IMG/VR virus record: IMGVR_UViG_3300028840_001414
Span: 1-52,396 of that record
Strand: one strand, 5' to 3'
Source of the DNA: a virus
Taxonomy: Duplodnaviria > Caudoviricetes
DNA: 52,396 nucleotides
Shown: in pieces, positions 27,461 through 37,977 of the stretch
How positions within the stretch are numbered: the stretch's first letter is position 1
Layout: each line of letters opens with the position of its first letter
Notes under the pieces: generated by a model
What the model was told of the DNA's origin: nothing
Databases searched by the model: none
What the model saw: only the letters and a program-made list of their open reading frames with translations
Position numbers and translations under genes: made by a program

Positions 27461-29164
27461 ATGGACTTTCGGATACCCAACCCGCATTCACCCGAGGAGG
27501 TGCGCCGCGCGTTCGGCAGGTTGAAGGCGCCGTTCAGCATCCTTGACGAAGGGGCTGCCGGGGAGGTTCTTGTCGGCGCTGGCGTTGGCTCTGTGCCTGT
27601 GTGGGGAACCGAGTTGACGGCGCTTACCAAAGTCACTGTTGACAACATTACGCTCGATGCCACTACGATTACGAGCGACACCGGCGCGATTGGCTTCGGT
27701 GACGAGAATCTGACGACGACAGGAACGATCACCGGAATCAATGTCACCAGCGGGGAAAATCCAGGACACACGCATACGGGCGCAAGTCTAAGCGGAATTG
27801 ATATTTCGGATGACACGAACTTGGCTGCAATATCGCCAATCGTGCTGACTGACGACACACTGAGTCTGGATCAGTCCGCCGTAGATCATGGCTCGATTGG
27901 CGGCTTGGCTGATGATGACCATTCGCAATACCACACTGACGGTCGCGCCGCTACGTGGCTTGCTGCGAACCATGAAACGACTTACAACCACGCCCATTAT
28001 GATACGGCTTATGGCTGGGGAGATCACGCATCTGGTGGTTATCTGAAGGCGAACGGTACGGTTGCATTGACGGGCGACTGGGCTACGGGGGCATTCAGTT
28101 TCATTGGGAGCGAACATTGGTACTTGCGGGCCGATAACAAAAAGATGTATTGGGGCACCGGAAACGATGCTTCAATTTATTACAGCGGCAGCCACCTTAT
28201 GTTCAATTCGCAAGAATATGGGGGTGGAGACTTTCATTTTCTTAACGGAAATATGTATTTCCCGGCCGACAGCCAGAAATGCTACTTCGGCGAGGGCTAC
28301 GACGCTTCGATTTGCTACAACGGTACGGACCTTGTTATCGAATCACGAGAAGTCGGCACGGGTGATGTGAGGATTCCGAATGGGAGGCTCGGGATCGGTA
28401 CGCCGTATGGGCCGGATTTCCTTCTTGATACAAGGTACTTCACGGATGACGAGTCCATACAGCAAATTTGCTGCAAAGCACAGATTACTTTTGGTTCTTC
28501 CGGCAGCGGGGATATGACCAACAAGGCGTATGCTCAATACTTCGCTGCGCAAACGGACGCTGATTACGATGGAGATTTTACCGGCAGCGCTTTTCTGGCT
28601 GGGGTTAATGGGGTGGCTACGCATTACGGCAGCGGGACGCTTGCTAAAATGTATGGCGGCATGTTCCAGGTGCATCTGGCCTCTGGTGCTGGTAATGTCA
28701 CGCGGGGATATGCGTTACGGGCTTATACCTCCGATTCGAGTTCGGTTGGCCAGTTCACATATTGCTACGGCCTTTACGTTGAAGACGTAAATATCGGAAG
28801 TGGCTCGAATAACTGGGCAATCTACACGAAGGAGGGATACGTCTACCACGAGGGCAGCGTCGGTATCAATGTCGCGTATCCCGACGAAAAGCTCGAAGTG
28901 CATGGCCACATTCATCTTGACGATAACTACAAATCGAAATACGGGACCGGCAAGGATGCGACGATCTATTACGACGACACCAATTTGATTATTGACCCTG
29001 ACGAAGCCGGCAGTGGGGTCGTCAAGATTGGCGCAACGGCTGACGATACGATCGATGCCGGGTCGTATTCGGTTGCCGGCGCGGCCGGCGCGAGTGGAAC
29101 TTTCACGACGGTTGACGGCAAGACGGTTACGGTAACTAACGGAATCATCACTGCAATTGTGTAA
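27461..29164 (+). CDS. Tail fibre / receptor-binding protein
   Basis: DDDHSQY, TAYGWGDHA, repeated GxGxDASIYY, GIN..P.EKLEV.G, C-terminal TVTVTNGIIT. Confidence 0.8.
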   Translation: MDFRIPNPHSPEEVRRAFGRLKAPFSILDEGAAGEVLVGAGVGSVPVWGTELTALTKVTVDNITLDATTITSDTGAIGFGDENLTTTGTITGINVTSGENPGHTHTGASLSGIDISDDTNLAAISPIVLTDDTLSLDQSAVDHGSIGGLADDDHSQYHTDGRAATWLAANHETTYNHAHYDTAYGWGDHASGGYLKANGTVALTGDWATGAFSFIGSEHWYLRADNKKMYWGTGNDASIYYSGSHLMFNSQEYGGGDFHFLNGNMYFPADSQKCYFGEGYDASICYNGTDLVIESREVGTGDVRIPNGRLGIGTPYGPDFLLDTRYFTDDESIQQICCKAQITFGSSGSGDMTNKAYAQYFAAQTDADYDGDFTGSAFLAGVNGVATHYGSGTLAKMYGGMFQVHLASGAGNVTRGYALRAYTSDSSSVGQFTYCYGLYVEDVNIGSGSNNWAIYTKEGYVYHEGSVGINVAYPDEKLEVHGHIHLDDNYKSKYGTGKDATIYYDDTNLIIDPDEAGSGVVKIGATADDTIDAGSYSVAGAAGASGTFTTVDGKTVTVTNGIITAIV

Positions 29165-29166
29165 AC

Positions 29167-30144
29167 ATGCCTAGCGCCTACACCGCAAAGCCTGCCGTCA
29201 CGTCTTCGCCTAGCGTACCGCCGGGGTGGAATCCAATTTGGCCGAATCCAGGGCCATTGCCGCCGGGGTATGAAATGGACCTGTCCTTGAGCCTTGAAGC
29301 TCAGGAGCAGATGCAGCCGGGCGTTACGGTCAAGGGCCTCTCGCTTTCGTTGTTCGATCACGTAACTTTTCCAACAACGGAGCCTCAGGAGAATACGGTT
29401 TGGTCGGCCACGTTTCAGGATAACGGTGAATCGGTGCTGATTAGCAACGGCGGGCCGTATGCCGAGACCGTAGAGCAAGATTACTCGGTACTTGATCCTG
29501 GCTGGGGGGTTACGCCCGAACTTGATTTCTTCTTATCTGGTGCCGATGTTGGCAGAACTGTAGTGCTCGAATGTAATAGTGATCCATTTGGACTCGGTTC
29601 ACTTATTGCCAGTGCTAACATTTTGGTTGTTGCCAGTTTGCCCGATCCGGTTCTCAGGTTGGAAATATCCGGGACCGTATCCGTTACTGGTGAACCCGAC
29701 TATGACTACTGGTATTTTTCTGGCCAAGTGTATGTTTACAGGGGCACCAAGTACAAGAGGATTGATTGCAATTACGAGGGCGGTGAAAGCGAGTATGCGG
29801 ACGGGTGGCAAAGCAGCGTGTCTGGTACGCTTGCTGGAGCAGAGGCTACCGCAGACGAAGGGGCGTACACCATAGATATAGCGGCTCTTGCCAGGGCGTA
29901 CTACTTACTGAAATACAAAATGTCTTCTAGCGCATCGAATCCCGGTGATGATCCGCCGGTGCCGAATGATGCTGTGCCGTTTACGATAACTGGTACTGTC
30001 AATACGTACATTACTGAATACGGCCTATCGGAACGGCTTGCTGATACAGAAGATTTCGAGAAACAAGACGAGACGCTTGGAACCGGGAGCATTCTTTCGC
30101 TGGGCTGCGTAAGCGGGTACAACGGGAGTATTTCTATATATTAG
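29167..30144 (+). CDS. Hypothetical acidic beta-rich virion protein
   Basis: In the tail module; Pro/Trp-rich N-terminus. Confidence 0.7.
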   Translation: MPSAYTAKPAVTSSPSVPPGWNPIWPNPGPLPPGYEMDLSLSLEAQEQMQPGVTVKGLSLSLFDHVTFPTTEPQENTVWSATFQDNGESVLISNGGPYAETVEQDYSVLDPGWGVTPELDFFLSGADVGRTVVLECNSDPFGLGSLIASANILVVASLPDPVLRLEISGTVSVTGEPDYDYWYFSGQVYVYRGTKYKRIDCNYEGGESEYADGWQSSVSGTLAGAEATADEGAYTIDIAALARAYYLLKYKMSSSASNPGDDPPVPNDAVPFTITGTVNTYITEYGLSERLADTEDFEKQDETLGTGSILSLGCVSGYNGSISIY

Positions 30145-30172
30145 GGGCCCTCAACGTAAGTGAGTATTGATT

Positions 30173-30769
30173 ATGGCGTTTTTGGGAACTAGGCGCGGTG
30201 TTTCGACGACTCAGGACCAATACGGTCAATCGTCGAGTTCATACGATCCTGGCGCAGCGTTGCAACAGCAACTTGCGCAGGAACAGTGGGACTGGCAGAA
30301 GCAGATTTACGGCGCGCAAGCCAAGGCAGCCAGGCAAGGGGCCGCCGGGCTTACTGGCATGATTGGCCAATACAACCAGGCTTACGGCGCCGCGAAGGAC
30401 GCTAACGAACGGCGATACCAGGAAATGCTCGGTATTACCGACCAGACTACCGGGCAACGGATGGCTGATATTCGGCGTGATTATGAGGGGCAATCCGCCG
30501 ATGCTATGCAGCAACTCTCCCGGCTCGGCCTGGCCAACACAACGATTGCCCCGACGATGAAGATGGGTGTGGAGCGTGAGAAACAAGCATCACTTAATCG
30601 GGCCGCCGATGCACTCCAGGGTACGAAGCTCGGCATTATGGAGCGCCGGACTGACGAGTATCCGAAGTCTGATATTATCTTGCAGCTAGCGCAGATGCTT
30701 GGCCAAGGTGGCGGTGGCGCTGGCGTCGGCGGGATTGTGAATGCCCTTAGTAACATGCGACTAGGATAA
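30173..30769 (+). CDS. Putative internal virion/ejection protein
   Basis: Q/A/G-rich helical; first of three, as in podovirus core genes. Confidence 0.6.
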   Translation: MAFLGTRRGVSTTQDQYGQSSSSYDPGAALQQQLAQEQWDWQKQIYGAQAKAARQGAAGLTGMIGQYNQAYGAAKDANERRYQEMLGITDQTTGQRMADIRRDYEGQSADAMQQLSRLGLANTTIAPTMKMGVEREKQASLNRAADALQGTKLGIMERRTDEYPKSDIILQLAQMLGQGGGGAGVGGIVNALSNMRLG

Positions 30770-30774
30770 CTGAC

Positions 30775-31857
30775 ATGCCGATTACAGTACGTCATGATGC
30801 CGGCGACGGCGACCTTTCCACGCTGACTGGGCTCGCCGCCCTAGCTGGCTTGATGCAAGCGAAAGCGCCACAGGCGCCGACTGTAACGCCGCAGGGTGCG
30901 CCTAGATTGATTGGTCGTGGTGGCGGCGGGAGCATGTTCGCAAGCATCGATAAGGCTGAGGCCCTGAAGTCGCAGCGCGAAATGCAGGTTCGCGAGATTG
31001 ACGCGAAAGCCCAAATGCAAAAGCAGGCCGCCGATGAGTCCATGAAGAAGGTCGCCATTCAGCATGGCCTCGATCGGGAGATGCAGGAGATAGCCACCAA
31101 CGATGAAGTCAGGAAGATGCAGGAAAAGGCGAAGATGGAGGCGAATCAGTTTACATGGAAGTTTGGGCAGGGTGAAAAACAGAAAATATCTCAGTACAAC
31201 AATAATAAGCGCGCTATTGCTGCGGCACTTGCGGAGGGGCGCATTTCGCAAGGAGATGCGGACGCTGCGAACCGTCAAAATGAACTGAAGCTTGGCGGGG
31301 TCGAGCTAGCTGCCTTCCCAAACGAGAATCCCTATCCACCGGGCAAGGGGCCGGCGGATATTTGGATTGATGAAAAACTTGGCGGTGCAGTTGGGCTTGA
31401 TAGGTCCGGTAATGCGCGAATGCTCGTTGCACCAAAGGACATGCCCGAGAACATCGAGAAGCAGAAGATGCTCGATCATCAGTTAGAGATGGAATCAGAG
31501 CGGGCGAAGCAGATGCTTGAGATGCGGCTGAAGCTTGCGACTGAACCGATTCAAACGGGGACCGGCGAAAACAGGACGGTTGGATACCGTTCATCGCAGC
31601 AGATAGATGAAATTATGCAGAAGATTATCGGCGGGCAGCCGGGGGAGCAATCGCCGCAAGAAGAATGGTGGGAGAAAGAGCATAATCGCAATCTTGCTAT
31701 TCACGAAGAAGACAAAGCGCTTCCACCGCAGATAGGCCATGCCGCAGCGTATGTTCGGACGATTCAGCGTAAGGGCGGGTTCAAGGCGCTTCCGCCGGAA
31801 AAGAGGGCAGCATACTTTGCGGCAGTTGATCTCCTGAAACAATTTGCGAACCAGTAA
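30775..31857 (+). CDS. Putative internal virion/ejection protein
   Basis: Coiled coil, Q/M/E-rich. Confidence 0.6.
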   Translation: MPITVRHDAGDGDLSTLTGLAALAGLMQAKAPQAPTVTPQGAPRLIGRGGGGSMFASIDKAEALKSQREMQVREIDAKAQMQKQAADESMKKVAIQHGLDREMQEIATNDEVRKMQEKAKMEANQFTWKFGQGEKQKISQYNNNKRAIAAALAEGRISQGDADAANRQNELKLGGVELAAFPNENPYPPGKGPADIWIDEKLGGAVGLDRSGNARMLVAPKDMPENIEKQKMLDHQLEMESERAKQMLEMRLKLATEPIQTGTGENRTVGYRSSQQIDEIMQKIIGGQPGEQSPQEEWWEKEHNRNLAIHEEDKALPPQIGHAAAYVRTIQRKGGFKALPPEKRAAYFAAVDLLKQFANQ

Positions 31858-31859
31858 CT

Positions 31860-34800
31860 ATGCCAGTTAGCCAGGAAATCCTCTCGATGATTGAGAGGGG
31901 CGAGCGAGATTTGGCCAACAACGCGCCAAAGCTCGACGAAGAAGTTGCCCTCGCGGTCAAGCAGGCCGACGAGCACGCTAAAGCTCGTCGTGATCTCTTG
32001 CGCGAAAAGTATGCCTGGGGCTTGGTTGCGCCGCTAAAGGGTACTCGGCTGGACTACGCCAAGAAGGCTATCCGGGAAGTTAAGGATCACTCCGAAAGGC
32101 AGTGGCTCGTAGAGGAAGTGGCGCGAATCGCTAAATCGCAAGAATGGTCACAGCGAAAGAAGTACAGTGAATCGGGCTATCTCGGTCGCCTTGGTAGCGC
32201 TGCGCAGAAGGTTGGTGGCGCCTTTGCCGAGGGCGGCACCGGCATGGTGGAGGCGCTGGACGACTTGCGAAAGCTGGCGCACGGCAAGGGTCGATCCGCT
32301 GAGGATGTACGGTTCCTACAGGCGCTCGAAGCCGCAAAGCGTGCCGAGAACCCGTTCTCTTCCGAGGCTCCCGGCCTGGCCGGCAAGGCGGCGACAGGGG
32401 CGGCCGGCATGGCGCCGGACATGGCTGCGGGGCTCCTGGCTTTACAGACCGGCGGGCCAAAGGCTGCTTTTGGGTATTGGGGCGCCCGGATGGCGCCTGA
32501 GCGAATCGAGGGATACAAGGGAATGGGTGTGCCCGCTCCGGTTGCTGGCGCGGCTGGCATCGGGACTGCGGCGGCCGAGGGTGCTATCGAACTTCTTAAT
32601 CTCGATCCGACTGGCCTGACCAAGCCTGTTGCTGAGCCGGCAAAGAAGGCGATTCGCCAGGGTGTTAGGTCATTACTCAATAGGGCTATCGGCGAGGGGG
32701 CCGCCAAGCAGGGGGCGAAGGAGCTTGTCAAGAAGTTCGGTGGCGAGGCAGTCAAGAACGCTTTGAAGCACCCGGCTACTAAGCGTGGCATTAGCGCCGC
32801 CGGTAGAGCAATGGAGCGTTTTGTTCTGGAGGGCGTGGAGGAGGGTCTTCAGGCCGAGGTAGAGACTGGGGGGCAATATCTAGCCGCCAAGGCATACGAG
32901 GACATACCCGATATTCCCGCGAAAGCGATCGGGGAGGCCGGGATAGAACAGGGTCTCGGGGCGCTGCCTGGATTGGCGGTACTCAGTGGTGCCGGCGGCG
33001 CCGTGGACGTGGCGCAATCCGTAGGCCAGGCAAGGACGCGCGTAAAGCGATTTGCCGAAGGGGCAGAGCACGCAAAAGTGCAGTCCGAAATAGTCGCCTT
33101 TGCCGACCGGGGGCATACCCCATCGGTTGCAAAATGGCAGGAATGGGGCCTCAAGGAAGAGGAGGGGATGAATCGGAAGCGCCGTCGCGAAGCCACTCAA
33201 GAGCTTGCGGAGGCTTACCGCGAAATCGAACAGATGCGATTCGCCTTTAGTGGTGTGACGCCAACTGCCGCGCAATGGAAGGCTCTCGGCTTACCGGAGG
33301 AGGCTGGCAAAACAGAGGCGGATCGTAAGTCGTACCTTGCCGAGAAATTCCTTCCCGAATCCCCACGGCAGGCTGAAGCTCCCGTTGAGGAGCAGCCGGC
33401 TGCTCTTGCGGGGGAAACCCAAGCGTTGGAAGCGAAGGCAGCCCGTGGTGTTGCCCCTGCAACCCATGATTTTCCAGTCGAGATGGAGGGAACCGGGGAG
33501 CAGATTGGTGGTCGCGAGGTCGTTCGGCAGTTGGAACAAATCTGGGGTACGCCACTCCGTTTTGGCCGGCTCGGCAAGCATAAGGCGCGTGGTATCTACA
33601 AGCTGAAGTCTCGTGTTGCCAGGCTCGCGAAGGGCGAGGAGGCATCACCGGCCGTGCAGATTCACGAAGCTGTCGGACACCATTTAGATGAAACGACAGA
33701 TATTCTGAAATCCGCCCCCGCAGACGCGAAGCAAGAAGTCGGTAAGCTGGATTATGATGCAAGCAAACTGCGAGCCGACGAAGGCTTTGCAGAGTTCGTT
33801 CGCGCCTATCTTACCGGGGGGACCGAACGATTCGCGAACGGGATTGACTTGAAGACCGAGGCCCCAAAGTTCCTGTCGCACTTTGAAGGCTGGCTCGAAG
33901 AACACCCTGAAGTGAAGGCGAAGATGGAGGCTAGCCGCGAGCCTTTGCTGGCCTTCAAGCAGGCCGGTGCGGTTGGGCGAGTGAAGGGACAAATTAGCAA
34001 GACTGGCATAGATCGCGGAAAGGCGGCCCCGCTTCGTGACAGGCTCAATAAATGGAAAGAACACCTGTATGCGCGGGTCAAAGAGGAGGGTCGGCCAGTC
34101 AAGCGATTCGTCGATGAGGCGCGGCAGCTAGGCTATGACCCCGAAGGCGAGACGACACCCTTTGAAGACTACAACGCTTTGCGGCAGGTGGGCCCGCACT
34201 TTGCCGAGAACGCGATTGAGCACGGTGTATTCACGCTTACGGGCACCCCTGAGAAGATTGGCCCGTCGATGTACGAGGCGCTAGCAGAGGTTGAGCCGGG
34301 CGAAGACTACGAAAACTTCATAGCGTGGGCATACGCTAACCATGCCATTGAGTCCTGGGGCGAGGAGAAAGACCCTGGCATTACTCTTGCAGATGCCAAG
34401 GAAGTAGTGTCGCGGCTAGGTAATTCGCGCTATGAAAGTGCTGCCGCGAAAGTGACGGAGTTCAACAATGCGTTAATCAATGTGCTGGCCGATGCCGGTG
34501 TTCTTGATGCCGAGGCGGCAGAGAGGATCGTTGCGTCTTACGAAACATACATTCCACTCGAACGCGCGAGGGAGGGCTCTCGCGGCGGCGGTGGTCGCCG
34601 GATGCTCGATCTGTCGAGCGCAATTAAGGGGCGGCGCGGCAGCGGATTGCAGATCGTCGATCCTATCGAATCGACGCTTGCCCGCGCAACCCGGTTGTAT
34701 GAACGAGCCGCACAGCAGCTTGTAATCAATAAGCTGGTGCAAGTCGCCGCTGACGTAAAGGGTCTCGGCGGGTGGGTTGAGGAAGTGCCCCCGAAGGTTC

Positions 34801-36788
34801 TGGCGACGAAGTTTTCTTTTGAAACGATCAAGCCGCAACTCGAAGGCTTGGATGAATCACTTGGGATTGACGTTGAACATCTCCTCGAAGACATAGACCC
34901 CGAGACGATACTGACCGTATGGCGCCCTGATCTTATGAAGGTGCATGGCGTCCCCATTTACAGGGTCACGCTGGATGGGGAGTCCCGGTTCTTCCAGCTA
35001 GACCCCGATCTCGGTGACGCGCTCGGTGGACTTGAAACCGTGCAGCATCTTGATCCGGTGACTCATATCATGCGCGCCGTTACCGGCCTGATGAAACGAG
35101 GCGCCACGAGGCTCAATCCCGATTTCATACTGTCGAACGCGATACGAGATTGTGACGCCTTCCTCCTGCAAGGAGAAAAGGGACTTAAAGGCGCCTTCGA
35201 TCCGGCGCAATACGCTGCGGCCTACGTGTTCTCGGAAATGCAGGCCATGAAGGGCGAAAAGGGCGTACCGGAAGTCGAGCTATTCAAGCGCATGGGTGGC
35301 GAGCTTTCGACGTATGCCGGTCTCGACAGGCTCAGGCTAAGGCGGGGCGCCCGTCGTGCGGTGCATGGCCGGCAAGGAAAGCTCGCTACAACATCGAACG
35401 TGGTTGGCGTTACCGAAGTGGCGCCGCGAATTGCGGAGTTTGCTGCGATCCTGGAGCGAGAAGGCTGGCTCGATAGAGTCAGAGCCGGCGAGACGCCGCC
35501 GATGGAAGTGCTAATTCGCGCGATCAACGCTGCCCATGACGTGACGATCGATTTTCGGCGCATGGGAAAATGGGGTCGGTATATCAACTACTATGTCCCG
35601 TTTTTCAATGCACGGGTTGAGGGTCTTGATAAATTCGTGCGCACATTCAAGGATCACCCCGGCCGTTCGACCTTTCGTGCGATGAAATACATCGTATTGC
35701 GATCGTTCATCTACTGGTGGCTGCGACACGACGACGACGACTACAAGGAACGGCCTGCCTGGCAGGATAATTTTTACATCTTCAAAGACGGTGAAGGTAA
35801 TCCGGTATGGCGTGTCCCCAAGCCGCAGGAGTGGGGGCTAATCGGCAGTGGTATCGAACGAATGCTCGACGCCATGTACGAGCGAGACCCGGAGCCTGTC
35901 GCACGGTGGTTCGGGCAGGTATTTTCGACTATCAATCCTGGCGTTTTCCCTGCTGGTGTTACGCCCCTTGCTGAATCACTTGCAAATTATGATTTTTCGT
36001 TTCGGCATCGGGAAATTGAATCAAGGTCTCTTCGCCGACTTGAGGCGCCGGATAGATACTACGACCATACAACGGGTGTGTCTAAGGCTGTGGCTCGTTT
36101 GTTGCATAAGGTAAGCGGCGGCAGCATTAAGTTTGGTCCGGCGAAGATCGATCACCTTGCGGACGGATTGCTTGGCGGGCTGTACGGCAAGATCAATGCT
36201 CCGTTCGACAAGCTGTACCGGGGTGGCGAATGGAGCGCTAGCGATATCCCCGGACTGAAGGGGCTGACGCTGCGGCAGGATTACGCGAGGAGCATCGATG
36301 ATTTTTACTCGCGCAAGGAATCACTTAGCAAGATCGCCGAATCAAAAAAGCTACGCGGCGAAATAGACGAGGAACATGCTGCCGAGTTTCGTCGCATACA
36401 ATACGCCGAAAGCCTCATGTCGGATATACGCAAAGCCATTAAGGGCCTCCCGGCAAAAGAGAGGAGAGAGGGCAGGCTGGCGATGATCGGCTTAGCGCGG
36501 GCAGCGCTGGGGCGGGAGCCGCTTGAAAGGTATCCTAACCCGATCGCTAATCCTGATGCAGTCCCCGCTGCCGCGCGTGGTGCGCTGGTGAAACATATCT
36601 CCCAGAAGGCAATTACCGCCTCCGGTAAGCTAGGGGTCGAGAGAACCGAACGTGCTGCGGAATATCTCCGTGCGATGGAGGCTGATCGCGATGTGATTTC
36701 AAGTTCAGTGTATGACCGGCTGCGCGTCCAGGGATTCCGCTCGACGACTGCGAGAGAGCGGCAGATGCGGGCAATATCGAGCTTGTAG
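31860..36788 (+). CDS. Large polyvalent/ejection protein with a zincin-like motif and an LPD38-like C-terminus
   Basis: HEAVGH...EGFAEF; YIPL.R; TIDF.R.G, PFFNA..G.DK..R, RVPKPQEWG motifs. Confidence 0.75.
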   Translation: MPVSQEILSMIERGERDLANNAPKLDEEVALAVKQADEHAKARRDLLREKYAWGLVAPLKGTRLDYAKKAIREVKDHSERQWLVEEVARIAKSQEWSQRKKYSESGYLGRLGSAAQKVGGAFAEGGTGMVEALDDLRKLAHGKGRSAEDVRFLQALEAAKRAENPFSSEAPGLAGKAATGAAGMAPDMAAGLLALQTGGPKAAFGYWGARMAPERIEGYKGMGVPAPVAGAAGIGTAAAEGAIELLNLDPTGLTKPVAEPAKKAIRQGVRSLLNRAIGEGAAKQGAKELVKKFGGEAVKNALKHPATKRGISAAGRAMERFVLEGVEEGLQAEVETGGQYLAAKAYEDIPDIPAKAIGEAGIEQGLGALPGLAVLSGAGGAVDVAQSVGQARTRVKRFAEGAEHAKVQSEIVAFADRGHTPSVAKWQEWGLKEEEGMNRKRRREATQELAEAYREIEQMRFAFSGVTPTAAQWKALGLPEEAGKTEADRKSYLAEKFLPESPRQAEAPVEEQPAALAGETQALEAKAARGVAPATHDFPVEMEGTGEQIGGREVVRQLEQIWGTPLRFGRLGKHKARGIYKLKSRVARLAKGEEASPAVQIHEAVGHHLDETTDILKSAPADAKQEVGKLDYDASKLRADEGFAEFVRAYLTGGTERFANGIDLKTEAPKFLSHFEGWLEEHPEVKAKMEASREPLLAFKQAGAVGRVKGQISKTGIDRGKAAPLRDRLNKWKEHLYARVKEEGRPVKRFVDEARQLGYDPEGETTPFEDYNALRQVGPHFAENAIEHGVFTLTGTPEKIGPSMYEALAEVEPGEDYENFIAWAYANHAIESWGEEKDPGITLADAKEVVSRLGNSRYESAAAKVTEFNNALINVLADAGVLDAEAAERIVASYETYIPLERAREGSRGGGGRRMLDLSSAIKGRRGSGLQIVDPIESTLARATRLYERAAQQLVINKLVQVAADVKGLGGWVEEVPPKVLATKFSFETIKPQLEGLDESLGIDVEHLLEDIDPETILTVWRPDLMKVHGVPIYRVTLDGESRFFQLDPDLGDALGGLETVQHLDPVTHIMRAVTGLMKRGATRLNPDFILSNAIRDCDAFLLQGEKGLKGAFDPAQYAAAYVFSEMQAMKGEKGVPEVELFKRMGGELSTYAGLDRLRLRRGARRAVHGRQGKLATTSNVVGVTEVAPRIAEFAAILEREGWLDRVRAGETPPMEVLIRAINAAHDVTIDFRRMGKWGRYINYYVPFFNARVEGLDKFVRTFKDHPGRSTFRAMKYIVLRSFIYWWLRHDDDDYKERPAWQDNFYIFKDGEGNPVWRVPKPQEWGLIGSGIERMLDAMYERDPEPVARWFGQVFSTINPGVFPAGVTPLAESLANYDFSFRHREIESRSLRRLEAPDRYYDHTTGVSKAVARLLHKVSGGSIKFGPAKIDHLADGLLGGLYGKINAPFDKLYRGGEWSASDIPGLKGLTLRQDYARSIDDFYSRKESLSKIAESKKLRGEIDEEHAAEFRRIQYAESLMSDIRKAIKGLPAKERREGRLAMIGLARAALGREPLERYPNPIANPDAVPAAARGALVKHISQKAITASGKLGVERTERAAEYLRAMEADRDVISSSVYDRLRVQGFRSTTARERQMRAISSL

Positions 36789-36792
36789 CAAG

Positions 36793-36835
36793 GTGGCTGG
36801 AAAGAAAGTTCGCAAAACTGAGTCTTGGTATAATG
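36793..36835 (+). promoter_or_regulatory. Putative late promoter 3 (lysis cassette)
   Basis: GTGGCTGG at 36793; TGG-TATAAT-G with the -10 at 36829. Confidence 0.8.
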
Positions 36836-36871
36836 AAAGGTGCTGTGCAAGTTCTTCGTTCGAGATTTTCC

Positions 36872-37426
36872 ATGCATGATTCTCTGCATAGCGTCCAACC
36901 GGGCGACGTAATCGGTTTCTCCGGTCGTAGCTGGCTAAGCGCTGGTATCAATATCAGTACATTTGGCATTCCCTTTTGGGGGATTAGTCATGTCGGAATT
37001 GTTGGTTACGCCCATCAGGCGCTGCCGTCGTACTCACTGTTCGAGAGCACGGGAAAAACCGGCGTGCAGAGTCGCAACTTTGACGAGGCCATTATGGATT
37101 ATAACGGTCGCGTCTGGTTATATCAATTGTCACGGCCGCTGTTCCTGCATGAGATGACGCGGCTTATGAGGCGACTGAAGGGGCTGGAGGGGCGCCCGTA
37201 TGACGTGCCTGGTGCCGTTCGGGCCGGCGGGGCGATCTGGTCGCTTATTCAGGCAGTCGCACGCGGCGAAGACCTAACGAGTCTGTTTTGCTCGGAGTTT
37301 GTTGCTGAAGTTCTATCGTACATCGGTATTTTCCCGACCGCTAACGCGAGTCGATGGAGCCCGAATCATCTGGTCCGCAAGCTGCGGCGCATGGGAATCG
37401 TAAACCCACCAATGAGGTTGAAGTGA
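36872..37426 (+). CDS. Permuted papain-like NlpC/P60 (YiiX/YebB-type) hydrolase
   Basis: PGDVI.F, SHVGI (His), FEST, GRPYD, LFCSEFVA (Cys). Confidence 0.88.
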   Translation: MHDSLHSVQPGDVIGFSGRSWLSAGINISTFGIPFWGISHVGIVGYAHQALPSYSLFESTGKTGVQSRNFDEAIMDYNGRVWLYQLSRPLFLHEMTRLMRRLKGLEGRPYDVPGAVRAGGAIWSLIQAVARGEDLTSLFCSEFVAEVLSYIGIFPTANASRWSPNHLVRKLRRMGIVNPPMRLK

Positions 37427-37953
37427 AGAGAGCCCTTGCTGTATTACTGCTGTGTGTCACATGCGGGTGTACGCCTAGCCGCACACCCGTAATCGAGCGT
37501 CCGGCCGTTAACGTGCCGATGGCCTTTCGTCAGCGCAACTACACCGACAGCGGCTCCTGCGTCCACGCAACCCTTATTACCCTGCTTCGGTGGCAGGGTC
37601 GTGTAAGCGATGCGAACCGTTGGCGTCGTGACTTCCAAGGCGGTGAGTGGGCTAGTTCGTTCGCGCAAAAGCTGGACGGCAGGGGGATACGTTACGCATA
37701 CGTCACTAACGGCGGCGTGCCGTTTCTTGAGTGGGCTTGTTCAACCCGGCGCGGGTGCGGCATTACCGTCAAGGGCGGCGCACACATGGTCGCGCTAGTT
37801 CATCTTGACGACAAGTGGGCAGCAATCCTTGACAACAATGATGTATCGAAATTTACCTGGATTCCACGCGAGACACTAATCGCTGAGTGGAAGGCCAGTC
37901 ACGGTTGGGCTGTTACGCCAGTGTACTCGCCAGCGGCGCCGTTGCCCTGGTAA
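37423..37953 (+). CDS. Putative lipoprotein with a C39/papain-like peptidase domain
   Basis: Signal KRALAVLLLCVTCG|C; Q..GSC (Cys), HMVAL (His), ILDNN (Asp). Confidence 0.7.
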   Translation: MKRALAVLLLCVTCGCTPSRTPVIERPAVNVPMAFRQRNYTDSGSCVHATLITLLRWQGRVSDANRWRRDFQGGEWASSFAQKLDGRGIRYAYVTNGGVPFLEWACSTRRGCGITVKGGAHMVALVHLDDKWAAILDNNDVSKFTWIPRETLIAEWKASHGWAVTPVYSPAAPLPW

Positions 37954-37977
37954 ACCTGTTCAGAAAGAGAGGAAGAA

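Noticed and set aside
22273-30144. Diversity-generating retroelement or invertible tail-fibre cassette
   Set aside because: No reverse transcriptase or invertase; the repeats differ at synonymous sites rather than at adenines only
31860-36788. Tape measure protein
   Set aside because: No tail tube or chaperone genes; context and LPD38-like motifs fit a podovirus ejection protein
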